A stretch of 64,000 nucleotides of DNA from positions 7,192,001 through 7,256,000 of the forward strand of contig CM022667.1 of assembly GCA_012295275.1 (NCBI GenBank), written 5' to 3'. This DNA comes from Chrysomallon squamiferum. Its lineage: Eukaryota; Animalia; Mollusca. The stretch's first letter is position 1, and each line of letters starts with the position of its first letter. The translations under genes were made by a program, and so were the position numbers. Below are positions 1 through 27,389 of this stretch, piece by piece. The notes under the pieces were generated by a model, which saw only the letters and a program-made list of their open reading frames with translations, had not been told where the DNA came from and did no database searches.

Positions 1-352
1 ACTCTTCTCTCTAACATACTAACACTGTATTATGCAAACTATTCTCACTACTAACATTGATATACAAACTCTTCAAATACACTAACATTACATACTCTAC
101 TATCTAACATACTAACATTATAAAATACAAACTGTCTGAAGATACTAACATATGTGTATTCCTCTGTAATATACTAACAGAGTTGAGGTTGTATGTGTAC
201 ATGATAAGACTAATGTTAAAGCTTATTATTTCGTCAACACAGTCAAAAAGCTGTTGTTCACGATAAGAAGTAAAATGTCTACAGTTATTTGAATTATAAA
301 AAATAGTTTGTAATTTTTCTCACTTACTTTGAAATAACTTTGGTACTTTCAG

Positions 353-3300
353 GCTGGTGTAAAACATAAACTGGTTGTTGAAGTGAATGGGACCAAGATT
401 GACACAGACTGGAAGAATCAGGATGGGAAGATGACATTTTCAGTTTTGTGGATATCCTTTATAAATATGACAACATCTTAAACTACACAATTATTTCATT
501 TTCAGTTTTGAGGATATACTTTATAAATATACAACATCTTAAACTACACAATTATTTCATTTTCAGTTTTGAGGATATACTTTATAAATATACAACATCT
601 TAAACTACATAATTATTTCATTTTCAGTTTTGAGGATATACTTTATAAATATACAACATCTTAAACTACATAATTATTTCATTTTCAGTTTTGAGGATAT
701 ACTTTATAAATACAACATCATCTTAAACTATATAATTATTTCATTTTCAGTTTTGTGATATCCTTTATAATAAAGCAGTAATGTACTAACTTCATTGTAA
801 TGAAAAAGCCTGGTCTGTTTGAAAGTTGTTTTTGACAGTTCAGTCATGGTGATTTGTAAACAATGGAAATGACTGCACCCTGAATTAATACAATTGAGAT
901 TTCATGTAAATATAGCACAGTGTGAAGATCATGAATCACAAACTTTGTTTACACTCCTTGACAAAGTGAACGTAGCTGATAATGTTGAACTTCCAGGAAA
1001 CACAGAGTGTAGAGTGACAGTGAGTCTTCGTGAGCTGGGTTGTGCTGGTGAGCTCGGTTGTGCTGGTGAGGTGGTGTTGAAGCAGGACAGTCAAGGTGAA
1101 GTGTTTGTTCATGCTGGGACTGGCCACAGCATGTTCAGGTAGACATTTGTTGAGAGATTGTCTAACAAAACATTTCAAATATGATGTAGTAATCTCCATT
1201 TCTGTGCTTAATCCTTTATTTAAAGAAATTGTGTTTTCAGTGAAAAATTAAGTGTTAAATATTTGTGTTTTCAGTAAAGAATTAAGTGTTAAATATTTGT
1301 GTTTTCAGTGAAGAATTAAGTGTTAAATATTTGTGTTTTCAATGAAGAATTAAGTGTTAAATATTTGTGTTTTCAGTTAAGAATTAAGTGTTAAATATTT
1401 GTGTTTTCAGTTAAGAATTCAGTGTTAAATATTTGTGTTTTCAGTGAAGAATTAAGTGTTAAATATTTGTGTTTTCAGTGAAGAATTAAGTGTTAACTAT
1501 TTGTGTTTTCAGTTAAGAATTAAGTGTTAAATATTTGTTTTCAGTGAAGAATTAAGTATTGCAAAGTCTGAAGTTCTCCAGGCAGAGCTGACCTCAATTC
1601 AGGAACTTTACAAGTTAGAACCAGAAAACAAATGTAAGTCTTAATTTTATTCATCTCTTATAAGGTTTCAGTTTTATTGTTTGTGACTAACAAATAGTTG
1701 ATTTTGATGTTAATTTATCAAAACATAGTTATTAGATTCTTATCAAAATCATGTTTAAACTATCGCTTTCTAGTTTGCATAATTTCAGTGTTATTTTTAT
1801 ATTGTTCATTCTGTGATGTAAATAACATTTTTGGTAAAAACATTTCTTGTTGCAAGAATAAAAATAACACAAATATCACATTTGTTTTGGCAGGTTTCAG
1901 CTGACTCTTTTTTCCAAACAGAACACAAGTATTTGATTTTTATAAACTAATGTAAAGTTTGTTTCTAGAGGTGATTTTATAAACTAATGTGGAGTTTGTT
2001 TCTAGAGGTGATTTTATAAACTAATGTGGAGTTTGTTTCTAGGGGTGATTTTATAAACTAATGTAGAGTTTGTTTCTAGGGGTGATTTTATAAACTAATG
2101 TAGAGTTTGTTTCTAGGGGTGATTTTATAAACTAATGTGGAGTTTGTTTCTAGGGGTGATTTTAACACTGATGTTGCTGATGAGAGCTCTGGATCGTCAG
2201 AAACACGAAGGTGAAACAATCAAACTGATTGATCACTTACAGCTCCTTGACACGACTCGAAAATGTTTCTACCTGGATCTTAGTAAGAACATCTTTCTTA
2301 ACATGTACAGTGTGTACCAGTGTGGATCTTTTTGGTATCTTTGATTCTCTCAGTTTATTTCTTTCTGTCTACATAGCTTGGTCTATCTCTGTATTTAGTA
2401 TTGTTTCTCTATATCGTTATATCACTGTATATTAGTCTGTGTAGCTTTGTATATTACTCTATACCTTTGTATCTGTCTATCTGTCTATATATAATATATG
2501 TGTATGTCTTTTTATCAGTGTGTATATATGTGTGCATACAGATATATATATATATATATATATAGATATATACACACACACATGCACACACATTTTCATA
2601 AAGTAAGTATTGTGTAGAAAACTAAGTATAAATATATATATATATATAGATATATATACAGAAAATAAATATTATTATTACAAACAGAATGTACCTATTT
2701 CTGTTTTCAGAAAGTAAGTACATAATTGAAAATGTCATAGACAGAATGGATGAGAAGACACATTTAGATCTTTCTTGTAAAGAGCTTACTGTAATGTGTC
2801 ATCACGAGTTGCTTCCCTTTATCACTGAACTCGATCTGTCGGGAAATCATCTGACCAGTGTAAAGAAATTTGAATATTTTCAAACTCTACACAGACTGAA
2901 TCTTGACGGGAACAATGTATCTGATGTGAAACCGTTGAGTCGTCTGTCAGAACTGAGAGTCTTGTCTCTACAAGATAACTGTATCCTTGTTTTACAGGTT
3001 TCTTATTCAGTGTTTAATCTAGTTTAGTTTATTATACATATTTGTCTAATTTCTTTGCTTAAAAATTGTTTTTTAGACACAAATTCAATTTTTAATAGAT
3101 ACAAATTAGCTGTGTGTTTAATACTTCTACACATATCACTGACATTACCCACGTTGTCTCACATTCTCACATTAACCACGTTGTCTCACATTCTCACATT
3201 AACCACGTTGTCTCACATTCTGACATTAACCACATTCTCACATACTGACATTATCCACGTTGTCTCACATTCTGACATTACCCACATTGTCTCACATTCT

Positions 3301-3804
3301 GACATTAACCACATTCTCACATTCTGACATTAACCACATTCTCACATTCTCATTGTCTCACATTCTGACATTAACCACATTCTCACATTATCCACATTGT
3401 CTCACTTTCTGACATTAACCACATTCTCACATACTGACATTAACCACATTCTCACATACTGACATTAATCACATTCTCACATTCTCACATACTGACATTA
3501 ACCACATTGTCTCACATTCTGACATTAACCACATTCTCACATTCTGACATACTGACATTAACCACGTTGTCTCACATACTGACATTAACCGTTGTTTCAC
3601 ATACTGACATAATTCACATTGACTGATCACATTTAATATTCCTTAGCAACTGTAGCTTTATCAGGCACTGAGTCAGTCAGACCTCTACAGTCCTGTCATA
3701 GACTGAACATGTTGACTCTGAGAGGAAACCCTGTCAGTAAAGAGTTGAACTATCCTGAATGTGTTCAAGACTTTCTATCAACTGTTTTAATTGATACAAA
3801 CTAA
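353..3804 (+). CDS. RABGGTA: Rab geranylgeranyltransferase alpha subunit, 3' part (Ig-like domain, last prenyltransferase repeat, C-terminal LRRs); 5' exons lie upstream of the window
   Basis: Hand-spliced exons 353-451, 972-1138, 1545-1633, 2154-2282, 2711-2980, 3656-3804 join in frame. They give ...HSMFSEELSIAKSEVLQAELTSIQELYKLEPENKWVILTLMLLMRALD...YLDLKSKYIIEN...LDLSGNHLT..LNLDGNNVS..LSLQDNSLS..LTLRGNPV...TN*. This matches remembered RabGGTase-alpha motifs (ELEPENKWCLLT..LLMRALD, YLDDLRSKF) followed by LRRs. Confidence 0.93.
433..770 (+). repeat. 61-bp minisatellite (about 5.5 copies) spanning the U12 5' splice site
   Basis: Unit TTTTCAGTTTTGAGGATATACTTTATAAATATACAACATCTTAAACTACAYAATTATTTCA. 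Confidence 0.95.
452..971 (+). other. U12-type (minor spliceosome) AT-AC intron in RABGGTA
   Basis: 5' end ATATCCTTT at 452; branch-point-like CTCCTTGAC at 954-962; terminal AC at 970-971. Splicing joins ...SVLW|VADNVELP in frame. Confidence 0.9.
1228..1557 (+). repeat. 34-bp minisatellite (about 10 copies) spanning a 3' splice site
   Basis: Unit TTGTGTTTTCAG|TGAAGAATTAAGTGTTAAATAT. Confidence 0.95.
1936..2164 (+). repeat. 37-bp minisatellite (about 6 copies) spanning a 3' splice site
   Basis: Unit GAGTTTGTTTCTAG|GGGTGATTTTATAAACTAATGTR. Confidence 0.95.
2981..3655 (+). other. U12-type GT-AG intron in RABGGTA
   Basis: 5' end GTATCCTTG at 2981; branch-point-like TTCCTTAGC at 3639-3647, only about 8 nt before TAG 3653-3655, with no polypyrimidine tract. 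Splicing restores LSLQDNSLSG in frame. Confidence 0.85.
3130..3620 (+). repeat. Irregular minisatellite of about 24-27 bp inside the U12 GT-AG intron
   Basis: Reiterated CACATTCTGACATTAACCACATTGTCT variants. Confidence 0.9.
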
Positions 3805-4260
3805 TGTATATGGCTTTCTGTCAACTGTATTAATTAATAAAAACTGATGTAGAAGACTTTCTATCAACTGTATTTGACAAAAACTCATGTACAAGACTTT
3901 GAACTATCTGATAAAAACTGATGTACAAACTTTTCTATCAACTGTATTTAAAAAAACAGTATCATCTATAACACTTTCTATCAAACTTATAAATGACAAA
4001 ACTGATGTAGAAGACTTTCTACCAGCTGTGTTAACTGATACAAGCTGATACAGAGGACTTTCTATCAACTGTTTTAATTGATGCATTGAACAAAACTTTT
4101 TATAATTATTTTTTTGTTAAAAGCTGATCTAATATACTTTCTATCATGTTTCAATTGATTAAAAATGATGTACAAGATATTCTATCAACTGTTTTAATTG
4201 ATACAAACTAATAGACTTTCTAGACTTAGACCTATAGACTTTCTATCATGTTTTAATTTA
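3765..4260 (+). repeat. Degenerate repeat of about 40 bp, seeded by the last codons and stop of RABGGTA
   Basis: GACTTTCTATCAACTGTTTTAATTGATACAAACTAATGTA first occurs in the CDS end and then recurs through the 3' UTR. Confidence 0.85.
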
Positions 4261-5702
4261 AGACTTTGATAAAGTGAAGTAATTGTATGTTGTGGTGGTA
4301 ACTGATGCAAATAAAGCTTATTTATGGTGTTGAAAAACAATTTCAATTTAAAGTTACTGACCTGACTTAAACTCCTATTTCGTTTTTTGATTTTATACAT
4401 TTTGTCACTTCACCATGAGTTCATTGTGTGTGTATCGTCATCTTTCTCACTGCAACCTCCAGTTTTGTAAATTTATATTCTGTTTGCTAGTCAGTGATAT
4501 TCAAATAAAATATAAAAGTAATTGTTGCTTCATTTGTGATTCTAAAAGAGTGTTGTTTGCAAGCAGATACCTCACATAGTGAAGTGACAGCTATTTTAAA
4601 CATGGTATCTAAACTATCACAGAAATGATATGTGTGAAATGAGTAAACTACAGGAGAATACTGAAAATAGCTGTGTTTTCGTAATCATTCAGCAAACAGA
4701 AGACAGCAAAACCAGCAAATGTAAAACAATTTAAATCCTTGTGAACGACTTTATTTAAATAAAGAAACAACACCAAACAAAATTAACAGTATAATTTTAC
4801 TTTATTTTTACTTGTCAACTTTTGTAATTATATATAAAAGGAAACCAGGCAACACCTAAATATAAATATTTTTTCTTTTAATTTTTTAATGAAGAACATT
4901 TCACTAAAACTTCTGATTAAAGCTGATTATTACAAAACTTTGTTTTTGTAAGCACTTTATCAGAGATGTAAATTTACAAGATAGACTAAATAAAAATAAA
5001 AATAAATTGAAAGCATCTGACAAATATGACATGATTTCAGTGTAGTAATATTTCAAATTTTATTCACATTTTTATTAAAAAACAAAATAGTATCTTCTTG
5101 AAGTAAATCTATTCAAATAAGTTTTAAAAGTTAGATTATTAATTCTACATCTGTTCAGTTTAATGACAATCGCCAGGCATATGTTCTGTGACTGAGATGC
5201 TATCAGTGTGTACAACTTATGTAATTTAAATGTTCATTTTATTCGTTAACACGTTGATAGTAGTAGGTCCATTTTGTAAATACCAAAAGTTACACAATAA
5301 ATAAAGTGTTTAATTTTTGGTGTTAGGTGAAGTTATCGATGCCTAATTTATTTAATTTGTTAACTAAATTTATTTATATGCAAAACTATAAATTATAAGA
5401 TCTGTCAAGAAATGTAAACCCACAATACACACATTTCATTTGCTCTATCAAAGTTCATTTATTTGTGCGTTTCAAAACTCCATCCACCAGTAATTTCAAG
5501 AACAGAAAAATAAAATGAAAAATAAAAGTAAATATTGTCTGTAGTTTTAGACGTGATGAACTTTACAAAATGATGCACACTACCAAACATTTAATTTCAC
5601 AAAGTGAACACAATTCTGACTGCACCTGTCAGCAAAGCAAATTTGTTTTCAGGGACATGATTTAAAAAAAAAAATATAGTTTCATCATTATTATATACAG
5701 CC

Positions 5703-5736
<34 letters not shown>

Positions 5737-5836
5737 ATAATCAAAAAATTAAAAAATAAACAATTATTTGTATATATAAAAATTAGCTTTGTCACTGATG
5801 TATAATTTAGTTTATCAGAGAGAGGATCGTTTAGGA

Positions 5837-8154
5837 TCAGACGTACTGGGGCAATGTCAGTATACAACATGATTTTCCATAGATGCGTGTAGGGAATTTT
5901 TCTAACAAGGCTATTTCATCTTTGAGTGGGTCATACTGCTGCAACAAGTCAGAGTAATAGTGCTCTCCATTGATGCCCCCCACAATGTAGATTTTGTCTT
6001 CAAATTTGCTGGCTCCTGCCTCACGAATATTCATCGTTCTCTCACACAGTGTCCACTGATTGGTCAGTGGGCAGTATCGTTCAATTGCAATGATTGGAAC
6101 AGGAAATCCATAACTGTCTTCAATGTTGCCACCCACCACATACAGCTTGTCCCGTATTTCCTCCATGATGTGGTTACACCGACTGTGAAACATGTTTGCC
6201 TTTTCTTCCCAGGAATCGGTGAGGGGGGAGTAACACACTAGGTTGCTACAACAACCACAGAACCTCTGACCCCCGGAGATGAAGAGTTTATCCTGACAGA
6301 CAGTTCCTGCATGGGCGTACACTGAGTGACTCAGTGAGGCTCTCATCTCCCAGTCATTCTGTGAAATTGTAAAACACTCAACCGTGCACATCACCATGTT
6401 CTCATCCTGTCCAGCAACAGCATACAACTTGCCATCAAGAGCCACTACAACGAAGTCCTTCCTAGCTTCATTCATGGACTGAAGTTCAAACCAGAAGTCA
6501 AATCGTGGGTCATATCTGAAACACCGAGCAGTTGCAATCTCATTGTTTTCAGTGCTGTCGTACTTCCCGCCACATGCATACATGAAATTGTCAACAACAA
6601 CAACGCAGGGGTTGTAGAGAGGGATGGTGGCGTCACGAAGGAACCCCTGTCGTTTGGTCTTGAAGGTGTAACTCTCAAGGTTCTGAGCATGCACCATGAT
6701 GAGACTGTTGCGATCAGACCGGACCTGGGTACGTGCGTTCTGAAGTAGTGGTTGTTTGCTGACCACGATGTGGTAGTCTTTAGCCGCTGTCAGCAAGCTG
6801 CTGCATTCAGGATCTTCTTTCATCACATCAACACACGACACCTGGAATAAAACAACAGCTGATATACAGGTGTGTATTCTTATACAACACTCACTGAAAC
6901 AGAATATAATTAATCTGTATCACAGTCTGATCTTACTTCATTTGATACTGTTATTTGTTAAATAAATTAGATGCATGGCAGAATGATTCTACATTCATCA
7001 CCTTTTAACATTTCAGTTAGTGTTTCATTTAACAAACTGTTGCCTAGAAACCAGCTACTGAAAACTCTGTCAGACAGGGAATGTGTTGAAGATTTCTAAT
7101 GGTTTATTGTTAAAGTCAGTGTCTAAATCAATTGTGACTGGACAATTATTTTCATTCAAGTGTTTCTGTATGTTTTTGTTTTACCTTTTTGTTTAACAGT
7201 GTATTGACTGTCTACATGTGGATTCATTTCTTAGTTCAGCAGACCCATCACCTAATTTACTTTGTGTCACACTTGTTGAATGTACAAGTCATTTAATGGA
7301 TTAGTTTAAAATAATGTCAGCAAAAACGTACAAACCTTTTCTACAAGTTCTTCTCCAGACAGGAGTGGCAGGCGAATGTTCCGCATGAGTTCAGCTACAA
7401 CTTTATTTCTCACTTGAGGAAGAAACTTGATCCATTTCAGCACCAATTCAAAGAGACGATATTCTGACAGAACATTCAGACAGTTCTCTGACAGCATAGA
7501 CGCAAGTTGAAGATGTGTCAGTTTATAATACTGGTCTGAGCTAGCAACAGTCTCAAAGTTCTCCAGCATGTACAATCTTGCCTTCGTGTATGTTGTGTTT
7601 AATGAATACAGCTCTGCCAGGTTCAGAATATCAACACAGTTGTCAACAGTGATTGTTGTTTCTAGGTAACGACTGCAGAGTTCCACAGCATCACTGACTT
7701 GCAGATGAGTCGCAGCAGACAAAACTTCTTCAACATTTTCAACAGTCAGTCCAAGTTTTCCTGTGTACGCAAAGTCTACAACAACCTGAAGTCCACCGGA
7801 TGTTACCCCTTTCAGCTCAACGCTGCATTCTCTGCTTTCCTTCATGTCCCCTGTCAGCATGACACGGAAGTAGTCACTACATGCTGCCATGACAGCCTTG
7901 TGAACCCGGATTGTGTTGCCCTCAGCAACAAGAGAATAGTCACAAAGCGTCCCTGTGGCACGCAGTTCCTGCAGACCATGCAGCATTTTACAGCAGTGGT
8001 TTTTGGTTGTCATGGGAGCACACAGGACACTGCCGCCTGCTTCCCCACTCTCCACAGCCGGAACCTGCAGCTTCTGGTTACAGGTACTGACCATCATTCT
8101 GGGCAATAACCTTGACCTTGCACTAGCAAAGGATGTGTGCTTTTTTAAGGACAT
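5837..8154 (-). CDS. BTB-BACK-Kelch protein (KLHL9/13/26-like), about 607 aa, two coding exons
   Basis: Exons 8154-7336 and 6841-5837 with a GT-AG intron, joining EELVEK|VSCVDV. BTB motif (LCDYSLVAEG..HKAVMAACSDYFRVM), BACK domain (IRLPLL) and kelch repeats (YACGG, YAVAG, FISGG, YVVGG, YIVGG; RYDP..W). Acceptor at 8173-8174; putative non-coding first exon ending at 9043. Confidence 0.93.
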
Positions 8155-8506
8155 AACCAAATCTGTACGAATCTGCAATAGCTGACAGTAAAATGTTGTG
8201 TTTATAAATAAAGAACTACATAATAAAAATAATTAATCTGAATTGAACTGGAGATTATATATTGGTAAGATTATATAAGTGATACATAAATCATAAATAA
8301 CAAATAACATGGAAAACAAAGGATAATACATAAAGCACACGACAGCATATTTATTTCTAATGTGGTCCTCTTAAATGAAAAAAGATAGAAGACAACCCAC
8401 AATAATACTTTATCAATTAATAAATCACTTTCAGAAAAATAATGCTTAATAGCTGATTAATAGTTTCATTAGAAAATAATATAAAAATAAAGAATAATAA
8501 AAAAAC

Positions 8507-8551
<45 letters not shown>

Positions 8552-9042
8552 GCTAAATGTTATATTAAAAATATAGTTAAGAATGCATAGAAAAAATGAT
8601 TTAATAAATGACTAGTACATTTATCAAACAAACAATTAACAAATAAAAACTTACTATCAAAGAGTATGTTGACTAAGATTGTTAGATCTGAAATACAAAT
8701 AAATTAACTATAAAAAATATTACACAAATATTTTGATTTTGTGCCCCAGATATAATACTTGACAATGTTTGTATAATGTGAAACTGTTTGATTTAAATAC
8801 AATATCTAGGTTTACAGCTAGTCTTAAAAACAATCTGAAAAACACAATAAAAAAAAAAAGAAGTAAAATATTTCTGGTCCTGATAAAGTGATACAATAAT
8901 GAATTAAAGAAGTCTGTATAATAAATAGTGTATGATTTTTATCGCAGTAACAGATGTCTTTTATACAAAACATATTTGTTTTAATTAAAAAATGTAATCT
9001 ATTTAACAGTGAGAATAATTTAGAATAAACTGCTTCAATTAC

Positions 9043-9200
9043 CTACCAAAAACTGCAGCTTTACACTTCCGCATCTGCAATCAACAGGAACTCGTCTCTG
9101 AGAGTATAACGTCAAACAGCGTAACATTCTTTCCATGTACAGTGTTGTCGTTGGGTGTAGTAGTGCGAGAAGAAAACGTTTTTCACTTCGTTTGGTAAAT
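9043..9200. promoter_or_regulatory. Putative compact bidirectional promoter and first exons shared by the Kelch gene (-) and copine (+)
   Basis: Minus-strand donor (AG|GTAATT at 9043/9042) and plus-strand donor (GTAAGT at 9201) point away from each other, 160 bp apart, in a locally CpG-richer island. An ETS-like ACTTCCG lies near 9065 and a CRE-like TAACGTCA near 9107. Both start-codon exons are preceded by acceptors (8173, 11517), so 5' UTR exons are required. Confidence 0.55.
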
Positions 9201-10568
9201 GTAAGTCTTTTATATTTGAAGACTAGATAGATTGTCCTTCATATACAAGGTGATTTAATTAAAATGTCTGTACTTGCATAGAATTGTTATTGCGCCGACA
9301 CAAATTATTTTTATTATTTGTGTTTGATAATGATATGTCAGTAATAAAGTTTAATGAGGAAGTGGCCGAAGAGCTGGTTAAGGAGTTTCAAAATATTTAC
9401 CGTAATAATTAAGGCCTTTATCAGCTAAAAGCTTAAATAAAATTTAAAACATAAAACCATAAAACTTAGTTGATTTAAACGGTATTTACTTTCGATAATC
9501 ACAGTCAAGATCGAGTTAAGCATTGTGTTTCGGAATTCCGACTATTCGTGAATTATCTCTATCAGTTTTAGTTTACTAACAGGAAGTAGTTTAACTATAA
9601 TAATATTAAAAAATGGGCAGCAGTCAACCCAACATTTTGAAATTCATAGATATGTTAAGAGAGAAAAGGCCTTTATTGAAGCTACACTTTTACAGTTAAG
9701 AGGTGGTCGAAGATTGACTCCAAAATGTTGGAAATACTAGCAAATTGACATTGACACATGCGAATAGCAAACACTCCTCATGACAGGACATATAGAATAT
9801 GCTGATTCCGTCTCCCATTGTGTTGGCTAACCTTGACTGCTTCAATAATATATAATAATTCCATCTTCCATTTTGTTATTAATCCATTGTTGGATTTTTT
9901 GAAAATAAACTATACTGTAATCCCCTGTTGTTTCATTATTTGCTATCATTGACTGCTTCAGTAATATATAACAAAAGGTGCAGACACAACTAGGTGACCC
10001 CTCTCCCATTATGACAATGATTAATAATAAAGCAATAGTGCATTGTGTGATGCATTAGTTCTAGCCACAATAGAACATATTCGAAATGGTTTAAAACCTC
10101 AGCATATTTTGTTCCAATCTAAATAAAAGAAGTTTGTAAACAAATTAAAATGTGTCATGTGACTTGTATTTTATTATTTAAGTTATCACTTTATGAAGAA
10201 TACCAACTTCCTCTGTTTTGTTGGCCTTCAGACAATACTGTGGCTTTAAAAAAGTCACACTTTTTATATAACAAAATGTTTGGCTTATTTTGAATGTGGC
10301 ATCATATGCATGGGGTAATTGTTAAGCCTGTTGATTAGGTCAGTTATGCTAGATTATGCAGAGGTGGTGACATGTTACACTTATTAATTACGGTCAATTA
10401 GGCAGGATTAAAAAAAGAGTCTTCATATTGTACAGAGTTGATGCTTGAGTCTACGTCACTGATTAGGATAGATTTAAACTAAGGGCTTCCTATTGTAAAT
10501 GATTTATAAAATGACCCAGGTTAAAATGTGTCACTATATATTCTCCAGCTTGCTCTAGCATCAGAAGT

Positions 10569-11019
10569 ATGTTTAATATGAAAATTATTCATAGCAATAA
10601 GGGTGGGAACAAAATCTGTTGTGAGGAGTTCATGTGCACCAAACATATAACTCACAAAACAAAGTTGTGGTGGAAATGTGACAAAAGATCTAGTTGTAAT
10701 TGTTTAGGTTATATAATAACAGACTTACAGAGAAAGCAGCCAGAAGCAGTTCAACCCCAGAACTATGCTGCATATCAGACCCATGTATGTCTTGGCAAAA
10801 TATGCAACTTGATAAATGATCAAGCTGCCAGGCCAGATCTTTGCCCATGGTGTAAGTCAATGTGATGATGACCTACGTGCACTTCTACCTTCTGCTAGTA
10901 CCTGCAAGCGAACTCTTCACAACCAGCAGCCAACACCACCTGTGCAGCATCTGCTAGAAGATATGGATGATCTTCCTGCTGAATTCACACAGACAGTTGG
11001 CCCAAACCAGAAACATTAA
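10569..11019 (+). mobile_element. Frameshifted FLYWCH-finger / MULE-type transposase relic in the copine 5' UTR intron
   Basis: ORF 10569-10865 reads SNKGGNKI...F.C.K......WWKC.KR....C.G.I.T (FLYWCH pattern, terminal HNH decayed to QNY). The overlapping frame 10816-11019 continues LLPSASTCKRTL...PP...L.D..LPAEFTQT, the linker typical of FLYWCH-MULE transposases, then stops. Confidence 0.65.
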
Positions 11020-11521
11020 AATCAAAGAACACATTTAATCTATCTTTCACTGCTAATATATTTTTTACTTAAAACTGAAACTTTTATACTGTGTTTTTTT
11101 TTTCTGTGACTTTTTTCCTAGATTCAACAATACAACTGGATAACACATGTTTAGTGGGAGTGTTGCAGCTAGCCTCAAAACACTTTAGAGTGAGTTTCCT
11201 GGAGAGGAGTTGTTTTGGGGTGCTGCAAGTAGTTTCAACACTGTTAATGACTAATAATAATCAGCAGAGTCCATATACAAATTATTTCTTTTGTAAAACT
11301 TGCACATGTTGTTTATTACCACAGAAAAAATACTAAAACTGCTGAAAGACAAAGGTTAAGACTTGCATAATTATACTGTAATTAGTTCTCACGGTTAGGG
11401 TTATTTCACTTAAACCCATGCATGGATGCATTTAGATATATTTAAATATAAAAAAAAATTGCAACATAAGAATTTTAGCAAATGTTAAACCATTACAATG
11501 TAATTAATATTTTTAGACAAA

Positions 11522-27232
<15,711 letters not shown>

Positions 27233-27389
27233 TGTTTGTACAGTTAAATTTTAACAAAACATAGTTTAATTACAGCATTTAACATTATCACACTTGCTTT
27301 AATTTTACTCTTTTTAGATGATGCAGTTTTACACATTTGTGGATCATAGTCAGTCATGAACTTATAATTTTGGTTATTAGTCAACAGAA

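Noticed and set aside
5960-8185. Plus-strand ORFs 5960-6241, 7699-8109 and 7955-8185
   Set aside because: Antisense shadows of the Kelch coding exons.
9600-9975. Imperfect inverted and direct repeats around GCAGTCAA / TTGACTGC
   Set aside because: Too short and degenerate to define an element.
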